Below, piece by piece: positions 41,993 to 54,133 of a stretch of DNA of 64,000 nucleotides. This DNA comes from Eledone cirrhosa. Lineage: Eukaryota. The position numbers and the translations under genes were made by a program. The stretch's first letter is position 1; each line of letters starts with the position of its first letter. The stretch spans positions 20,770,001 to 20,834,000 of the forward strand of contig OZ024764.1 of the NCBI GenBank assembly GCA_964016885.1. Direction: 5' to 3'. The notes under the pieces were generated by a model. It ran no database searches and had not been told where the DNA came from. It was given only the letters and a program-made list of their open reading frames with translations.

Positions 41993-44055
41993 CAGTGGTA
42001 CCTTGACTTACAAGTGTCCCAACTAATAAGTTTTTCGAGATACGAGCCCTCTCTCGGCTGATTTTTTGCGTTGAGTTCCAGAGTAAAATTCGGGTTACGA
42101 GTCAGCTTCAGATGCCCCACCACGAGTTGCCATAGTGACCGCCACAGGCAATACCGTAATACCCGCCCAGCATCCCATGGCTTCGAAGAAAGTGAGACGA
42201 AGGACAGTTCTGAGAAGAAGAAGCAGATGATGTGTATTGAATTAAAGAAAGAAATTATAGAAAAACATGACCAAGGTGTGTGTAGAGGACTTGGTGAAGC
42301 AGTACGAGCGTAGCACTTCTACGATATGTACCATACTGAAGTAGAAGGACTTGATAAAGGCTATAACCCCAGCTAAGGGTGGTAAAATAATTTCTAAACA
42401 GCGGACATCTATCCATGAAAATGTGGAAAAGCTGCTGATGGTGTGGTTGACGGAGAAGCAGGTCGCAAGAGATACTGTGATGAAGATTATAATATGTGAG
42501 AAGGCACGAGCTATTTACGCTGATTTGCTGCAGCAGACCCCAGGTACTTCTACGGATGAGCCAGCCACCGGCAAGCCCTTTAATGCCAGTCGGGGTTGGT
42601 TTGAGAATTTTAAAAAGAGGACCGGGATTCACTCAGTTGTCAGGCATGGTGAGGCAGCGAGCGCGGATATGAAGGCAGCTGAGGATTACCTCAAAACCTT
42701 TGTCAGAATTATAGCAGCCAAAGGATACATCCCTCAGCAAGTCTTTAACTGTGATGAAACAGGACTTTTTTGGAAGAAGATACCAAAAAGGACTTATATA
42801 ATGGAAGAGGATGCCTGGCCACAAACCCATGAAGGATACTTTAACCCTCGCACTGTGCCAATGCGAACGGTGACTGTAAGATTAAGCCGCTGCTCGTTTA
42901 TCATTTGGAAAACTTTAAGTCGCATAAGATTCTGAAAGAAAAATTGCAGGTTATGTGGAGGGCAAACCCGAGGTCATGGGTCACCAGCCAGTTCTTTGTG
43001 GAGTGGGTGAATTTGGTCTTTGGTCCTGACGTTAAAAAATATCTCCAGGAAAATAACCTACCCCTGTAAACCCTTCTTGTCCTAGACAGTGCAACTGCTC
43101 ATCCATCTAACCTCGAAGAGTTCAAGTTTATAAAGGTCCTCTACCTTCCACCAAACACCACCCCTATCCTACAGCCCAAGGACCAGCAGGTACCTTCTAA
43201 TTTCAAGAAGCTCTTCACCAAGCACCTGTTCAGTCGCTGCTTTGAAGTGACGGAGAGCACAAACTTCACCCTTGAGAGGTCTGGAAGGACCATTATAACA
43301 TCGTGATATGCCTCAGAATTATCGATATGACCTGGCAGGGTCTTACAAAGAGAACCTTGACCTCTACATGGAAGAAGCTGTGGCCTGAAGTTGTGTCTAA
43401 AACAGACTTTGAAAGACTGGAACCCGAAGCGGCAGTGGTGGAGGAGATTGTACCCCTCGGTAAGTCCATGGGCCTGGACATGGATGAAGGTGACATCAAC
43501 GAGCTCATCGAGGAGCACTCCGAGGAACTGACAACGAAGGAATTAAAGGAGCTACAGACACAGCAACACACGGTTTTTTTGCAGGAAATAGGTGACACAG
43601 AGGAGGTTATCTCAACAAGTGAGATGAAACAAACCTCATTAGACAGGTTCTTATCGAAAATCCCTGCAGATAAAAATGAGGAAAGCGTGGCGAAAAGGGG
43701 CAAAAATCAGCGAATAAGATTCAGTTATTCAGTTCATCCTTTCTCCTCCGTCAACATCCTCAAGTCGTCTGATCTCCAAGATAGATGCTGTACATTATAC
43801 TTAATAAAACCAGTTTATTGTAATACATTCTATTGTATTGTTTTTTATATACAATATTTGTTATTTATAAGTACATTTTTCTTATTTAAAAACACGTAAC
43901 AAAACAAACTGTGGTTTTTTTTTGGGGGGGGGGTCTGGAACGGATTAATGGCATTTTATTTTATTTCAGTGGGGAAAATTGATTTGACATACGAGTAATT
44001 TAAGTTACGAGGTCCTCCACGGAACAAATTAAACTCTTAAGTCAAGGTACAACAG
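41993..44055 (+). mobile_element. Decayed Tigger/pogo-family DNA transposon (CENP-B-like HTH + DDE_1 transposase, frameshifted)
   Basis: TIRs CAGTGGTACCTTGACTTA ... TAAGTCAAGGTACAACAG. ORF pieces IELKKEIIEK, EKLLMVW, FNASRGWFENFKKR, VFNCDETGLFWK, LPPNTT.ILQP.DQ. Flanked by TA/TG microsatellites. Confidence 0.9.
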
Positions 44056-44179
44056 TGTGTGTGTGTATATATATGAAGGAACGATCGACTTTCGTCAAAT
44101 CGGACCGAGGAAGCAATGTTTCCATTGGTCTTTCCAATTGCTAGTACTATCGGTCGCAACTCCAGGTAGAAGGAACAAC

Positions 44180-44247
44180 GTGAAATAAAGTGTCTTGCTC
44201 AAGGTCATAACGCATCGCCTGGTCCAGGAATCGAACTCACAACCTCA
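44180..44247 (-). mobile_element. tRNA-derived SINE fragment
   Basis: Minus strand reads GAGTTCGATTCC (B-box) followed by CCTTGAGCAAGACACTT, a common SINE body motif. Confidence 0.55.
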
Positions 44248-44854
44248 ACATATATATATATATATAAATGAAGAATATAGAAATTATTGTAGCAAAAAGC
44301 CAACAGTATTCCATTTCATTTCATTTGAGTTTGAGTCCATGCTCAGGCCAAGTCGAAGACTCCACCCTCAATCGAAGACTCCACCCATTATATATATATA
44401 TATAGTATAAAAGAGAAAACACAGGTAAGCATTAAGAGAAGGATTTTATCCAGGTATTTACGACCGTTTCATTGGTAAGTGCAACCTTATATTTCTATCC
44501 TGCAAATAGCAGCCACTCAATTATAATTGTTGTTCACAGTCCAAATTTTCAAAATAGTAAGTTACTCTTGAAATAATTCTTAATATATAGAGAAAAACAT
44601 TTATTTGGAATTGTATTTACTAGTATAGAGAGAGAGAGAGGAATCAGAAGGTGAGGGGACAGACGGAATAGTATAGAGAGAGAGGAAGGGGGAAGAGGTA
44701 GGAAGTAGAGTGACAAACTGAGATGGGGGGAGGGGTAGAGGTGGCAGGATTCTTTGGTCAGTTTTGATAGCAGACTTCATGTCGTGGAATGTAGTGAGTT
44801 AAAGAGAATTAAATTGATCATTTTTGGAGGGATGGATATATATATATATATATA

Positions 44855-45008
44855 GTTAAATATTAGACAGGAACAAAAAAACAGAGGCAGTGCAAATGGT
44901 AGTTTATACCGAGAGAGAGACAGACAAACACATCTATACCCCTACTACAGTAAAACATAAAACATATGTAAGGGGAGACAACTCTCGTTACATCGCCCCC
45001 TTCTTTTT
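44855..45008 (-). mobile_element. Possible 3' LTR plus polypurine tract of a second LTR element
   Basis: Minus strand AAAAAGAAGGGGGCGA|TGTAACGAGAG is a typical PPT-TG junction, followed by TATAAA; no partner LTR in the window. Confidence 0.35.
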
Positions 45009-45702
45009 GATATACGTCCTTTAAATACTTTGTTCAATGGAATCTGCTTTATTTTGTGTCCTAAGTAGATTTCTGTTTAAGTATTTACGAGATTCACAAT
45101 GATTCACGGAACCAAGTTACTTACATAGAGATATATTTCACATAGAATCACAACAAATGAAAATATTAAGTCAACACTCTGTCAATCAGTCTCACATCAC
45201 ATGGGGTGCTGGAGTCTCCCTCTAATACTTTCTGAGACAGTCTTACCTCGAGTGATAGCAAGGCTAAGATGTTGGAACTACCAAACACCCTCATATGTAT
45301 CACCTGACACCTCGGTAAGGAGAGCTGCCAACGATAACAAGAACCTCGTTGTCAGGGACCTATCTCCTCCAAACTTCTCCAACACCACAGACTAGAATAT
45401 TCTACTCTTTATTCCCTATCAAATATATTTCAGTCTAGTCATTTATCTTGTATCTTGTATATGTATTTTGAAAACTAACTGTCACATTTGTCAGGGTACT
45501 TAGTTGTTCCGGCAAATTATCCTCCATATAACCCAATCTTACCGAGATACCCGGTGATCTCTGCCAGGGTACTCGATTGATCCAGCACCCTACTATTTCT
45601 ACCAACAGGTTATATCGAGGTATCAAGTGATACTCTTTTCAAGTCAAGACCTCTTCTGCTGTCCTCTGTCTTCCAACTGCCCTGTTATTCTACAGACTCA
45701 CG

Positions 45703-48700
45703 AAAGCTATCTCACCGCTTTTCATAGGCGCCGCTAAATTCCACTGCTGGTCTCTCCTCTCCCACGTGCGTCCAACTCCTTAACACCGGGAGCTGCCAAA
45801 ACTCGCGTCCACACCGTTGCTGGTCACCACTAAGAGGGCCATCTGCTGGCCCTCCCGGTCGAGCATCCTTCCGGTCGAGCACTCCCCCGCTTCCGGCCAC
45901 CGCACGCCACACCATACCCCCCCCCCCCCGATCTCAAGGATCAATTTCCTCCTCGTCCGTCTACATATGAAAGTCTGCTGTCCAGGTTGGTGGTTTACGA
46001 CTTCTTTGCGAGATCCGCAGTGTTGGGGCAGCACTTTGGGTTTCCTCTACCTCGGAGTCCGTTGACACAGTGATTCTACGGACATCCAGGACATGACGTG
46101 GAACTCCGTCCATGGACACATTGTTCTGGGAATTTACGGCCGTCACTGTTCCCCTTCCCCATTGAGATGTGCAACGTGCATCTGGGGGCTTAACCCAGAC
46201 TTCCTCACCCACCTGCACGGGTGCCACCACTCGTATCTGAATACTGCTCTGTGTGGCACCGATTCCTCGACCTGTCCCATCCGAGGGGACATGTTGTACC
46301 AGAACACTGCCTCCATTGGTGAGATATGACCCCGCTCCGCCATTGCCTTGATCGTCTGGTGGTGTCGCTCCACAATTCCATTCCCGCTCGGCATGTGCGC
46401 TGCTCTGAAGAAACGGTCCACCTTCCATCCATCGAGCATCTCCCTCAGCGCCTCCGAGCGGAACGCTGCGCTGTTGTCCATCAGCAGTTCGTCCACAGGG
46501 CCCCGCTCCAAGAACACCTCTCTCAACGTCCGCATGATTTCCTCGGCCGTTCCAGTCTTCATCTCCCTCCATATCGCCTTCCGTCCTGGTCCACAGTCGA
46601 CCATCGAGAGGTATGTTCCCTGTCGGTAGTGCGTTACATCCACCGCCAATCGTTTCCAGTCGCGATCCACTGGGAGGCTTCCCGTTTCGTGTACACCCGG
46701 GGTGGATCAATGGACTGACATCGGATGCAGCCTCTAACCACCCTTTGAACACTGTGACTGTTAACGTCCGAGTCGATTCTCCTGGCTAGGAACAGGCTCC
46801 TATCCACTGCCATGTGGTGCATGTCATGCAACCCTTTCAGATCCGACTCGGTCAGCCGACACACGGCAGCTATCTCATCTTCTACCTCCTCCGGCGCTTC
46901 CATCCAGGCTTTCTTCACCCTAGTTAAGATGTCCGCCCTATTTTTCTCTGAGGGCACGAAAACTACGCTCAGCCTCAGAACGAACTCGGTGGCCAGCTCT
47001 CCTAAAGTTCCCAGGCGGCGCTTTATCAGCATCTCCGCCGCGCCTCTCGTTCGCACTCTCTTCTCACTGGTGAGCACTGATCTCACCCATCCGAGTACAG
47101 TAGCCGAGTCGGTGCGTATCTCGATGGTGCGCAGTCCCCACCTCAGGGCGAGGTTCACCCCTCTCAACACTCCGTCCAGTTCGGCCACATTGATGCATCC
47201 TCGACCTCAACACCTCCTATCTCCAACGTGACACCCAGCGCTATGCTGCTGGCATCGCACCATACGGTCCCGCTCTGTGATTTGGGAACATACCAGCGTC
47301 GCCGCACTGGGTCGTCGGCTTTCACCCTCCCCACGATCTCCTGCATCATGGCCACCGTCCTCTCTCCCACTCGTCTCTTGACATAGCTGCATGCCGTCCG
47401 GAGCCACCCAGCAATCGGGTAGTGACCCACCAACTTTCCACACACCGAGAAAAGCTCCCGCCTACTCATACTTGGGCCCAGTTCTGGAACTTCATTTCCC
47501 CTCTGGAATACCAAGACGCCCGTCCTGTCTCGCCGTAGCCTAAGTCCCAGCGCGGCTCCTCCCTCCAACGCTTCTGACGGCTTCGCAGCCAGTCCATACC
47601 CCTGTAAATGGCTCGTGACCTCCGCCGCCGCCACCACAGACTCGTCCACTAGGATGTCGTCAATATAGGAGTTAGTGGCCCACTTCATCTTGTCGGCCTT
47701 TCCCAGAATGGTCTTGAGGACCGCCGCCATGATCTTCGGTGCGGAGCTCAGCCCGAATCCGAGCTTGGTCAGGCAATATGTCCGGCCCTTATACCTGACC
47801 AGCTGATACTGCCAGAGCTTCTCATCTATATGCAATTGCAAGTATGCCGACTTTAGATCTACGATTGCTGAAACCCCCGTCATGCGTCTCCACTCACGCA
47901 GGGTTTCCCCACAGACATCCGTGACCTCGCCACCCGTGTGGCATGACAGGTGCTCGTTCAGCTCCCGAAATTCCAGCACCGGCCTCACCTTGTTCTTCGT
48001 GGGTTGCGCCACCGCCATTAACGGCAATACTCTGCACTTCACCTCCTCTTTCCAGGGAAGCAGTATGCCCTCCTCAATCCATCTCTCTACCTCGCTCCTA
48101 ATAGTTTCCTTTCAATGTGTGTTGATAGCAGCCCACTTTGGTCTTCAGTGTTGGTGGTTCTCCCTTCCAGTACCACTCAACAACCCATCGAACACGGCCT
48201 TGAAGTCTTTGTCCTGCACAGTGTAAGCGGGGTATTTCTCCTCGTGGGCCTTCTGGTTGTCCTGTCGCGCACTCACAGCGCATACCGATGCAGCGGCGCC
48301 AAACGACACACCGACGCCTCCTAGACGGCCAATTGCGTCCATGCCCATAGCCACGCCGATCCCATCCACCTTACTTTCCTTCCCCGTACCGCTATTTCCA
48401 TCTCGCTGCGATCTCAGCATTCAATTTTCCTGCCGTCGACTGCCCTTACACTGCTCTTCCCTCTCCACCTCTGCGCCATCAGTGTCGTCAAACAGCCCGT
48501 GTCCACGAGTGCTCGCTGTGGCTTTCCCCTCACGAAGACTTCCACCACGGGCAGCGCCTCTACTCGTAAGGGGAAACTACCGGCGCAGTAGTTCCCCTTG
48601 GATTGTTTCCCTGGTCGCAGTTAATACCGGTAGCATATTATTTCCAGCCTTGACTCTCTGCAGGCTCTAGCCATGTGCGGTCCCTGGCACCAAAAACAGC

Positions 48701-49636
48701 GACCCCTAAACGTTCGCGGTTGCCTCCCTTTCACTGCCAGCTGTCTTAAGCCTCTGTAGTTGCTATCGCTGCAACACTCTTCTTGGCATCTTCTGCTATG
48801 ATCCAGGCTTGTTCCACCAGTGAATGCATTTCCATTTCTTTGTAACCCGGGACTTGCTGCAGTTTCACCGCTTTGTCGTCTGGAAATCCATTTAAGAACG
48901 CCAACCGCACCGTGCATTCGCATTCCACCTGATATCCAGCCAACATGGCCAATCGCCGTATTTCCGCTGCGAAAATTTCAACGCGTTCACCGTTCCATCT
49001 AATTCTTGCTAGCTTAGCGAAAGCGGCTAACGGTCCCTCTGCGAACGCTTCCATCATGCGCCTCTCAATCTTTTGCGCATCTCTTTCGCTGTGTTCGTCC
49101 AACTCAAGGAAGAGTACCAACGCGTCCCCCTCGAGGTACAGTGCCATGAGGCCAGCCACATCTTCTATCTTCTGCAAGCTTGCGACCAGCCGGACTTTTC
49201 GCAGCCAAGCGACATCAACTACCCCGGTAAATGCCCTGATAGCTTCGCTTGTTCGTAGTCTTGTCGCCATCTTCTAATTTGTCTTGCGGTACGTGATAAA
49301 AAAAAAACAACAGACTCCTCTTTGTTTTTCCAGTAGCTTTATTTATTTATTTTTTTTCAATCAGATCTCAGTTTCCAGTGCCGAAATAGCTTGTGGTTAG
49401 AAAAAGCTATCTCACCGCTTTTCATAGGCGCCGCTAAATTCCACTGCTGGTCTCTCCTCTCCCACGTGCATCCAACTCCTTAACACCGGGAGATGCCAAA
49501 ACTCGCGTCTACACCGTTGCTGGTCACCACTAGAGAGGGCCATCTGCTGGCCCTTCCGGTCGAGCATCCTTCCGGCCAAGCACCCTTCCGGTCGAGCAAT
49601 CCCCCGCTTCCGGCCACCGCACGCCACACCATACCC
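45703..49636 (-). mobile_element. Degenerate Gypsy/Ty3 LTR retrotransposon (gag, partial protease region, RT, RNase H, integrase)
   Basis: Direct repeats 45703-45919 and 49403-49636; poly-G PPT before the 3' copy. gag ORF 48746-49270, Zn knuckle CFWCQGPHMARAC, RT VDLKSAY/FGLSSAP/YIDD, RNase H WCDAS, integrase LAVDVTH..MDNSAAF..GNGIVER. Multiple frameshifts. Confidence 0.9.
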
Positions 49637-49681
49637 ACGTTTTTATTACAAACTTCACATAATTTAATTCGGTAAAAATAT

Positions 49682-49826
49682 TTACGTCACAAAAAAACTT
49701 GACCTTTGACATTGAAGCATGCGCAGTGATGCAGTTGTCGACTTCCTGTCCACGTGTTAGTCTTCCTACAACATCATTTAGAAAACATTTCTGTAAATAC
49801 TAAACACCTGAGACTATAATGTAAGT
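49682..49826 (+). promoter_or_regulatory. Candidate promoter, non-coding first exon and splice donor of ZNF gene 2
   Basis: Within 75 bp: TTACGTCA (CRE-like, 49682), TGACCTTTGACAT (nuclear-receptor DR1-like, 49700), GCATGCGCA (NRF1-like, 49717), ACTTCCTG (ETS, 49741), CACGTG (E-box, 49751). Then AAT|GTAAGT at 49821. Confidence 0.6.
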
Positions 49827-50451
49827 ATTATGTCTATTAATATTGTAGATTTAAGCTCACTTTTCACATCACAAATATATATTTTCTTGTTTGTTTCATT
49901 ACTGGAAATATAAAATGTTATCGTAATTATCTATATTTTACCTACCTCTAATTAATTAAAGTGAAAACTTTTGTTGTTGCTGAAAAATAAATTAACAAAA
50001 CTAAATATTTAAATATTCTAAAGGTCGTTTTTATATTATGTGATGATATAATTAATATATTTTATTACAATTGTATAAATTTACAGTAGAATAACGTTGT
50101 AAATATGTTTTAAATATATACATAAATAACATAAGTGTGTAAATAACATTATAAATTGCTGGCAATTCCTTGAGAAAGACATTACAAATATATTGTCTAA
50201 ACTGTGTATAATAATATAATTTATTGAACAGTAATGATAAAGGAAAGAAAAACACAGTGGGAGATGGCAATTGACCACCAAGTGTGATAATAGGTCACAC
50301 CTCACACCTTAGGGGTTAACTACACACTTTGAGGCAAGCCAACACACTGGCAGCATTACTAAGGTGTTGAAATAAACAGGTACCCTCACGGGTATCACCT
50401 GGTACCTCGGTAAGGCGAGGCTAATGTGCTGAAATAACCAGGTACCATCAC

Positions 50452-50809
50452 GGAAACGACTAGATTTGTAGAAAAAGTAGGGTGAAAGTATACGAAGAGA
50501 TGTAGTTTCACAGATCTACTCACACCTCACGTTGGGTGGGAAATAATTATTTTTCTTAGATTTTTTTCTAGACCCCTTTTCAATATTTTCTCTGAACCCC
50601 TTAGATACTTGCAATAGACGTTTTATTCGCCAGTATTAGGGTTAGGATTTCCGTTTTCAGGAAGAAAAGTCGATTGCAAACATCTAAGAGGTCGAGAAAT
50701 GAAATTAAGGAAAGATAATTATTTCCCAGCCAACTGGAGAAGTGTGTAGCTCTTCTAAACTCTGATAATCCTGTCTCCCACTTCTTTATCTACAAATCTA
50801 GTCGTTTCC
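50452..50809. mobile_element. Foldback MITE (whole-length imperfect palindrome) with central TAGGGTTAGG
   Basis: GGAAACGACTAGATTTGTAGA ... TCTACAAATCTAGTCGTTTCC; internal pairs TGGGAAATAATTAT/ATAATTATTTCCCA and CTTAGAT..TTGCAAT/ATTGCAA..ATCTAAG. Confidence 0.8.
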
Positions 50810-50949
50810 TGCTACTTTGAAGGCCCTATTTATTGATAACACCACTTGTAAATCTTTGTTAACTTTTCATACGTAAATTGTGAATCAGTTATTTTTAAAC
50901 AAACTATCAAAGAAGTGATCTCACAGTAACTGTGTTTGATTTAATCAAC

Positions 50950-51152
50950 TTATTCCCCCCAAACATTGTCGACCTTGTGTCTAAATCAGAAACTATTATT
51001 AGATCTTAAATCAACCTCGTAAAGATGAAGGGCAAAGCTAACCTCGGCGGGATTTCAACCCTTTATGTTATGAGTTCAAATCCCACCAAAGTTAACTTTG
51101 TCTTTCATTCTAACGGGGTGGATAAATTAAAGTTCCAGTAACCTACTGGGGT
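50950..51152. mobile_element. Cluster of tRNA-derived SINE fragments in both orientations
   Basis: GAGTTCAAATCCCACCAAAGTTAACTTTGTCTTTCAT (+, ~51072) and its inverted relative GATGAAGGGCAAAGCTAACCTCGGCGGGATTTCAAC (-, ~51024); tail-like GAAACTATTATT. Confidence 0.5.
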
Positions 51153-51355
51153 CTGAGATATTAAGGTTTGAGTAGATTCTATCTTTTGTGTTTTTGTATT
51201 TATAATCTTACTAGAACACCTGTGACCTGTTGGGTCACGTTCCCTTTAAAAATAATATTTAAATAATTAAAATATACACAGACGTGTATATAATGTAAAA
51301 TGAAATTATTAGGCCCATATATATATAATTATATATATGCGTGTGTGTGTATATA

Positions 51356-52206
51356 CAGGGTGTGGACGATATTTGTTCGCAATTTTCAACTGTTAAATTT
51401 ATGCAAATTTTTTTTACTTCCGTTGTTACTCTTGTCTTCATAAAAACAGCGACTATATTTTCATTATTTATTTTCCGAATAATTGATTATGAATAATTTT
51501 GAACCTCCAAATTTGTGGAAGAGACAGAGTTCCTCTTGGAATCCGCGCCTGGAGGACAAATAAGGACCAGAAGATCAACTCCCAGAACAACAGGTGGCTC
51601 GCTGTCTCATCCAAAGACCTGCCCAGAGTCATGCAGACAAAGTTTCCAGCGACAGCATTGGTCTTTGGTGTCATCAGCAGTGAAGGTGACGTCAAGCCAC
51701 CTCACTTCTTCCCTGAGGACCTCAAGCTGAACACCGATGGCTACATCCACGTTCTGAGCGAGGTAGTAAAGCCCTGGATCGATCAGGTAGCTGCAGGTAG
51801 GCTGTACGTGTGGCAGCAAGACCCAAGCCTTGCTGTCAGAGAACTTCGTCGACCACACTTCACCTGACATCTGGCCTCCCAGCTCGCCTGACTGCAACCA
51901 CCTCCACTTCTTTTTGTGGGGCGCAGTGGAACGAGACACCAACAGATGTAGCTGCAATACGAAAGACGATCTGAAGGCCAGGATCACAAGTGCCTTTAGG
52001 GGCCTAAGTCGGGGGACAGTGGCAAAGGCCTGTAGCTGGTTCCGAGGCCGTCATCAAAGCCAATGGCGGGTTTATGGAGTGAGATCGAAAGAACAAGTCA
52101 TGAAGACAAACTGACACAAGTTTGATAAATATATCTTAAAAAATAAAACTACTGTCTTATTTTTTCCTAGACAGTAATCTTGCGAACAAATATCGTCCGC
52201 ACCCTG
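51356..52206 (+). mobile_element. Internally deleted Tc1/mariner (maT-like) element
   Basis: TA|CAGGGTGTGGACGATATTTGTTCGCAA ... TTGCGAACAAATATCGTCCGCACCCTG|TA; transposase C-terminal motifs TKFPA..VFGVISSEG, YVWQQD, WPPSSPDCN. Confidence 0.88.
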
Positions 52207-52306
52207 TATATATGTGTGTGTGTCTGTGGCCTTAATACCCTAGTCACAGACATACTCATACACACACACACACAAGTAATAATTTCGTTCAACAACATGA
52301 GGGCGT

Positions 52307-53405
52307 GGGGGCATATTGTCTATATGCTTCAGCTTCAGCTTGTACCCGTGGGGTGGTCGGGTCTTCTGTATTACTGCATGACGCCAAAGGTCACGGTCGT
52401 GTGTCATCGCCTTTGAGAGGTGTAATTGGGTAAGGTCGGCTTTTATCACCTCATCCCAGGTCTTCTTGGGTCTCCCCACTCCACGGCTTCCATCGACTTC
52501 TAGTGCTCTGCACCTTTTTATGCAGCTGTCATCCTTCATACGCATCACATGTCCATACCAACGCAACCGCCTCTCCTGCACACAGCATTTGATTCCTCTT
52601 ATGCTCAGTCTCTCTCTCAATTCGTTTATGCTTTGCCGTTCACGTATATTACTATTACACATCCAACAGAGCATGCAGGCTTCATTTCTTTCTAATCTAC
52701 GTAAGTCTTCCACCTTCAGCACCCAGGTCTCACTACCATGCAACATTGCTGTTTGTATGCACGCATCATACAGTCATGAACTTCTTCCATCCCATTCTTA
52801 CCCTAGTCATTGTACTTTCCGAACACCCACCTCCGCTCCTAATTCGGTCACCTGGGTAGCAGAAGCTGTCTACTGTTTCTACAGAGCCCTCTCAGAGATT
52901 GGTGGTACTTATTTCCTGTGGCTGTTTGCTGCTTGCTGTCCCAGCACAACTGCTACATGTGAAGCATGCTACATTCTTAATTAAGCTTCCTGAGATCCCG
53001 CTACATCTCTTGTGTACCCATTGTTTGTATTTGGGGCAGAGGACGGAGTTCCTACCTACACCTTTCCCACATACTAAGCAAGGCCATTTCCCTGAGGGAT
53101 CTGGGTTCGGCTTTCTCGTCTACTTACAAAGACTTTAGTCTTTGTCAGGTTGACTTTGAGACCCTTTCTTTCTAGTCCCTGCTTCCAAGTTTGGAATTTC
53201 TTCTCTAGTTCTACCATAGAGTCAGCTATAAGTGCAAGGTCATCTGCATACAGGAGTTCCCATGGGCATCCGGTCTTAAACTCCTCCGTTATTGCCTGCA
53301 GAACTATGATGAACAGGAGAGGGCTAAGAACAGAGTCCTCTCTCTAGTCATTGCTAATGCTAACTCTGCTGACTGCTCCCCTATACATGGCTGGTACAGC
53401 TTTCA
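52307..53405 (-). mobile_element. Truncated, internally deleted copy of the same RTE family as 18189-23332
   Basis: MLHGSETW.LKVEDLRRLERNEACM...RLRWYGHVMRMKDDSCIKRC is nearly identical to the intact ORF; homology stops at the poly-C tract of the 3'UTR. Confidence 0.92.
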
Positions 53406-53575
53406 CATTTCGGGGTCAACTTCCTTTCAGGGTCAACTTCCTTTCAAACTATTTTCCCATTATGCCCCGTTTTGGCTGTATTACATTAGAGACAAGACAC
53501 AATCACAGAGTTTTAGGTTTATAATGTTATAGTATCATGATAGGGTAATACAGTTATTTATAGACCTGTGGTAAA

Positions 53576-53706
53576 TGTTGGTTCAGTGCACCCTGGGGGA
53601 TGTTAGTGTTGGTTCAGTCCACTCTGGGGGGTGTTAGTGTTGGTTCAGTCCACCCTGGGGGGTGTAAGTGTTGGTTCAGTCTACCCTGAGGGGTGTCAGT
53701 GTTGGT
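53576..53706. repeat. ~31-bp minisatellite, ~4 copies
   Basis: TGTTGGTTCAGTCCACCCTGGGGGGTGTTAG repeated. Confidence 0.8.
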
Positions 53707-53734
53707 CAATGATAACCTTTATAACTAGAGACCT

Positions 53735-54133
53735 GTTGGTGAGGACAAGCTGGAAGTGGTGACATCTTTCTGCTACCTGTGTGACATGTCAGCTGGAAGT
53801 GGAGCCAAGTTCACTGCCATTGTGCTGTGCCACTCCACAGGTAACAAGTTTAGGCAGCTTCTCCTAGACATGCTGGCTACCATTAGACACCATGGGGCAG
53901 ATTTATAACACCTGTGGGAGAAGTGTGTTGTTTCATGCCAGCGAGACCTGGGCCATGTTATCTGGCTGTCTGAATTGACTCTGAAGAAATGACAGAGCTA
54001 TGATCCACTGGATGTGTAATGTGACCATTGAGGATGATGTCAGCTCAACTGAGCTCTTAAAAGAACTGCTGATCGACAACCTCAAGGATGTGTTTCACAG
54101 GAGACACATGCACTGGTATGGTCATGTTGTGCA
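53735..54133 (+). mobile_element. Old RTE fragment (C-terminal part)
   Basis: LEVVTSFCYL.D, LFHASETWA, RNDRAMIHWMCN, HWYGHV; contains stops. Confidence 0.7.

Larger units (their letters stand above)
51211..53525 (-). mobile_element. Non-autonomous Helitron split by nested insertions
   Basis: Minus-strand 3' end GTGACCCAACAGGTCAC hairpin + CTAG|T at 51211. The 5' part at ~53445-53525 matches 61880-61955 in reverse. Confidence 0.65.

Noticed and set aside
44420-44840. Possible Penelope/hammerhead remnant (minus-strand GAAACGGTCG); also CTGATGA at ~40032
   Set aside because: No matching CTGANGA/GAAA core with supporting stems nearby, and no recognisable RT or GIY-YIG coding remnant.
44200-51100. 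tRNA genes suggested by B-box motifs (~44230, ~51075)
   Set aside because: No cloverleaf; the motifs are SINE heads.
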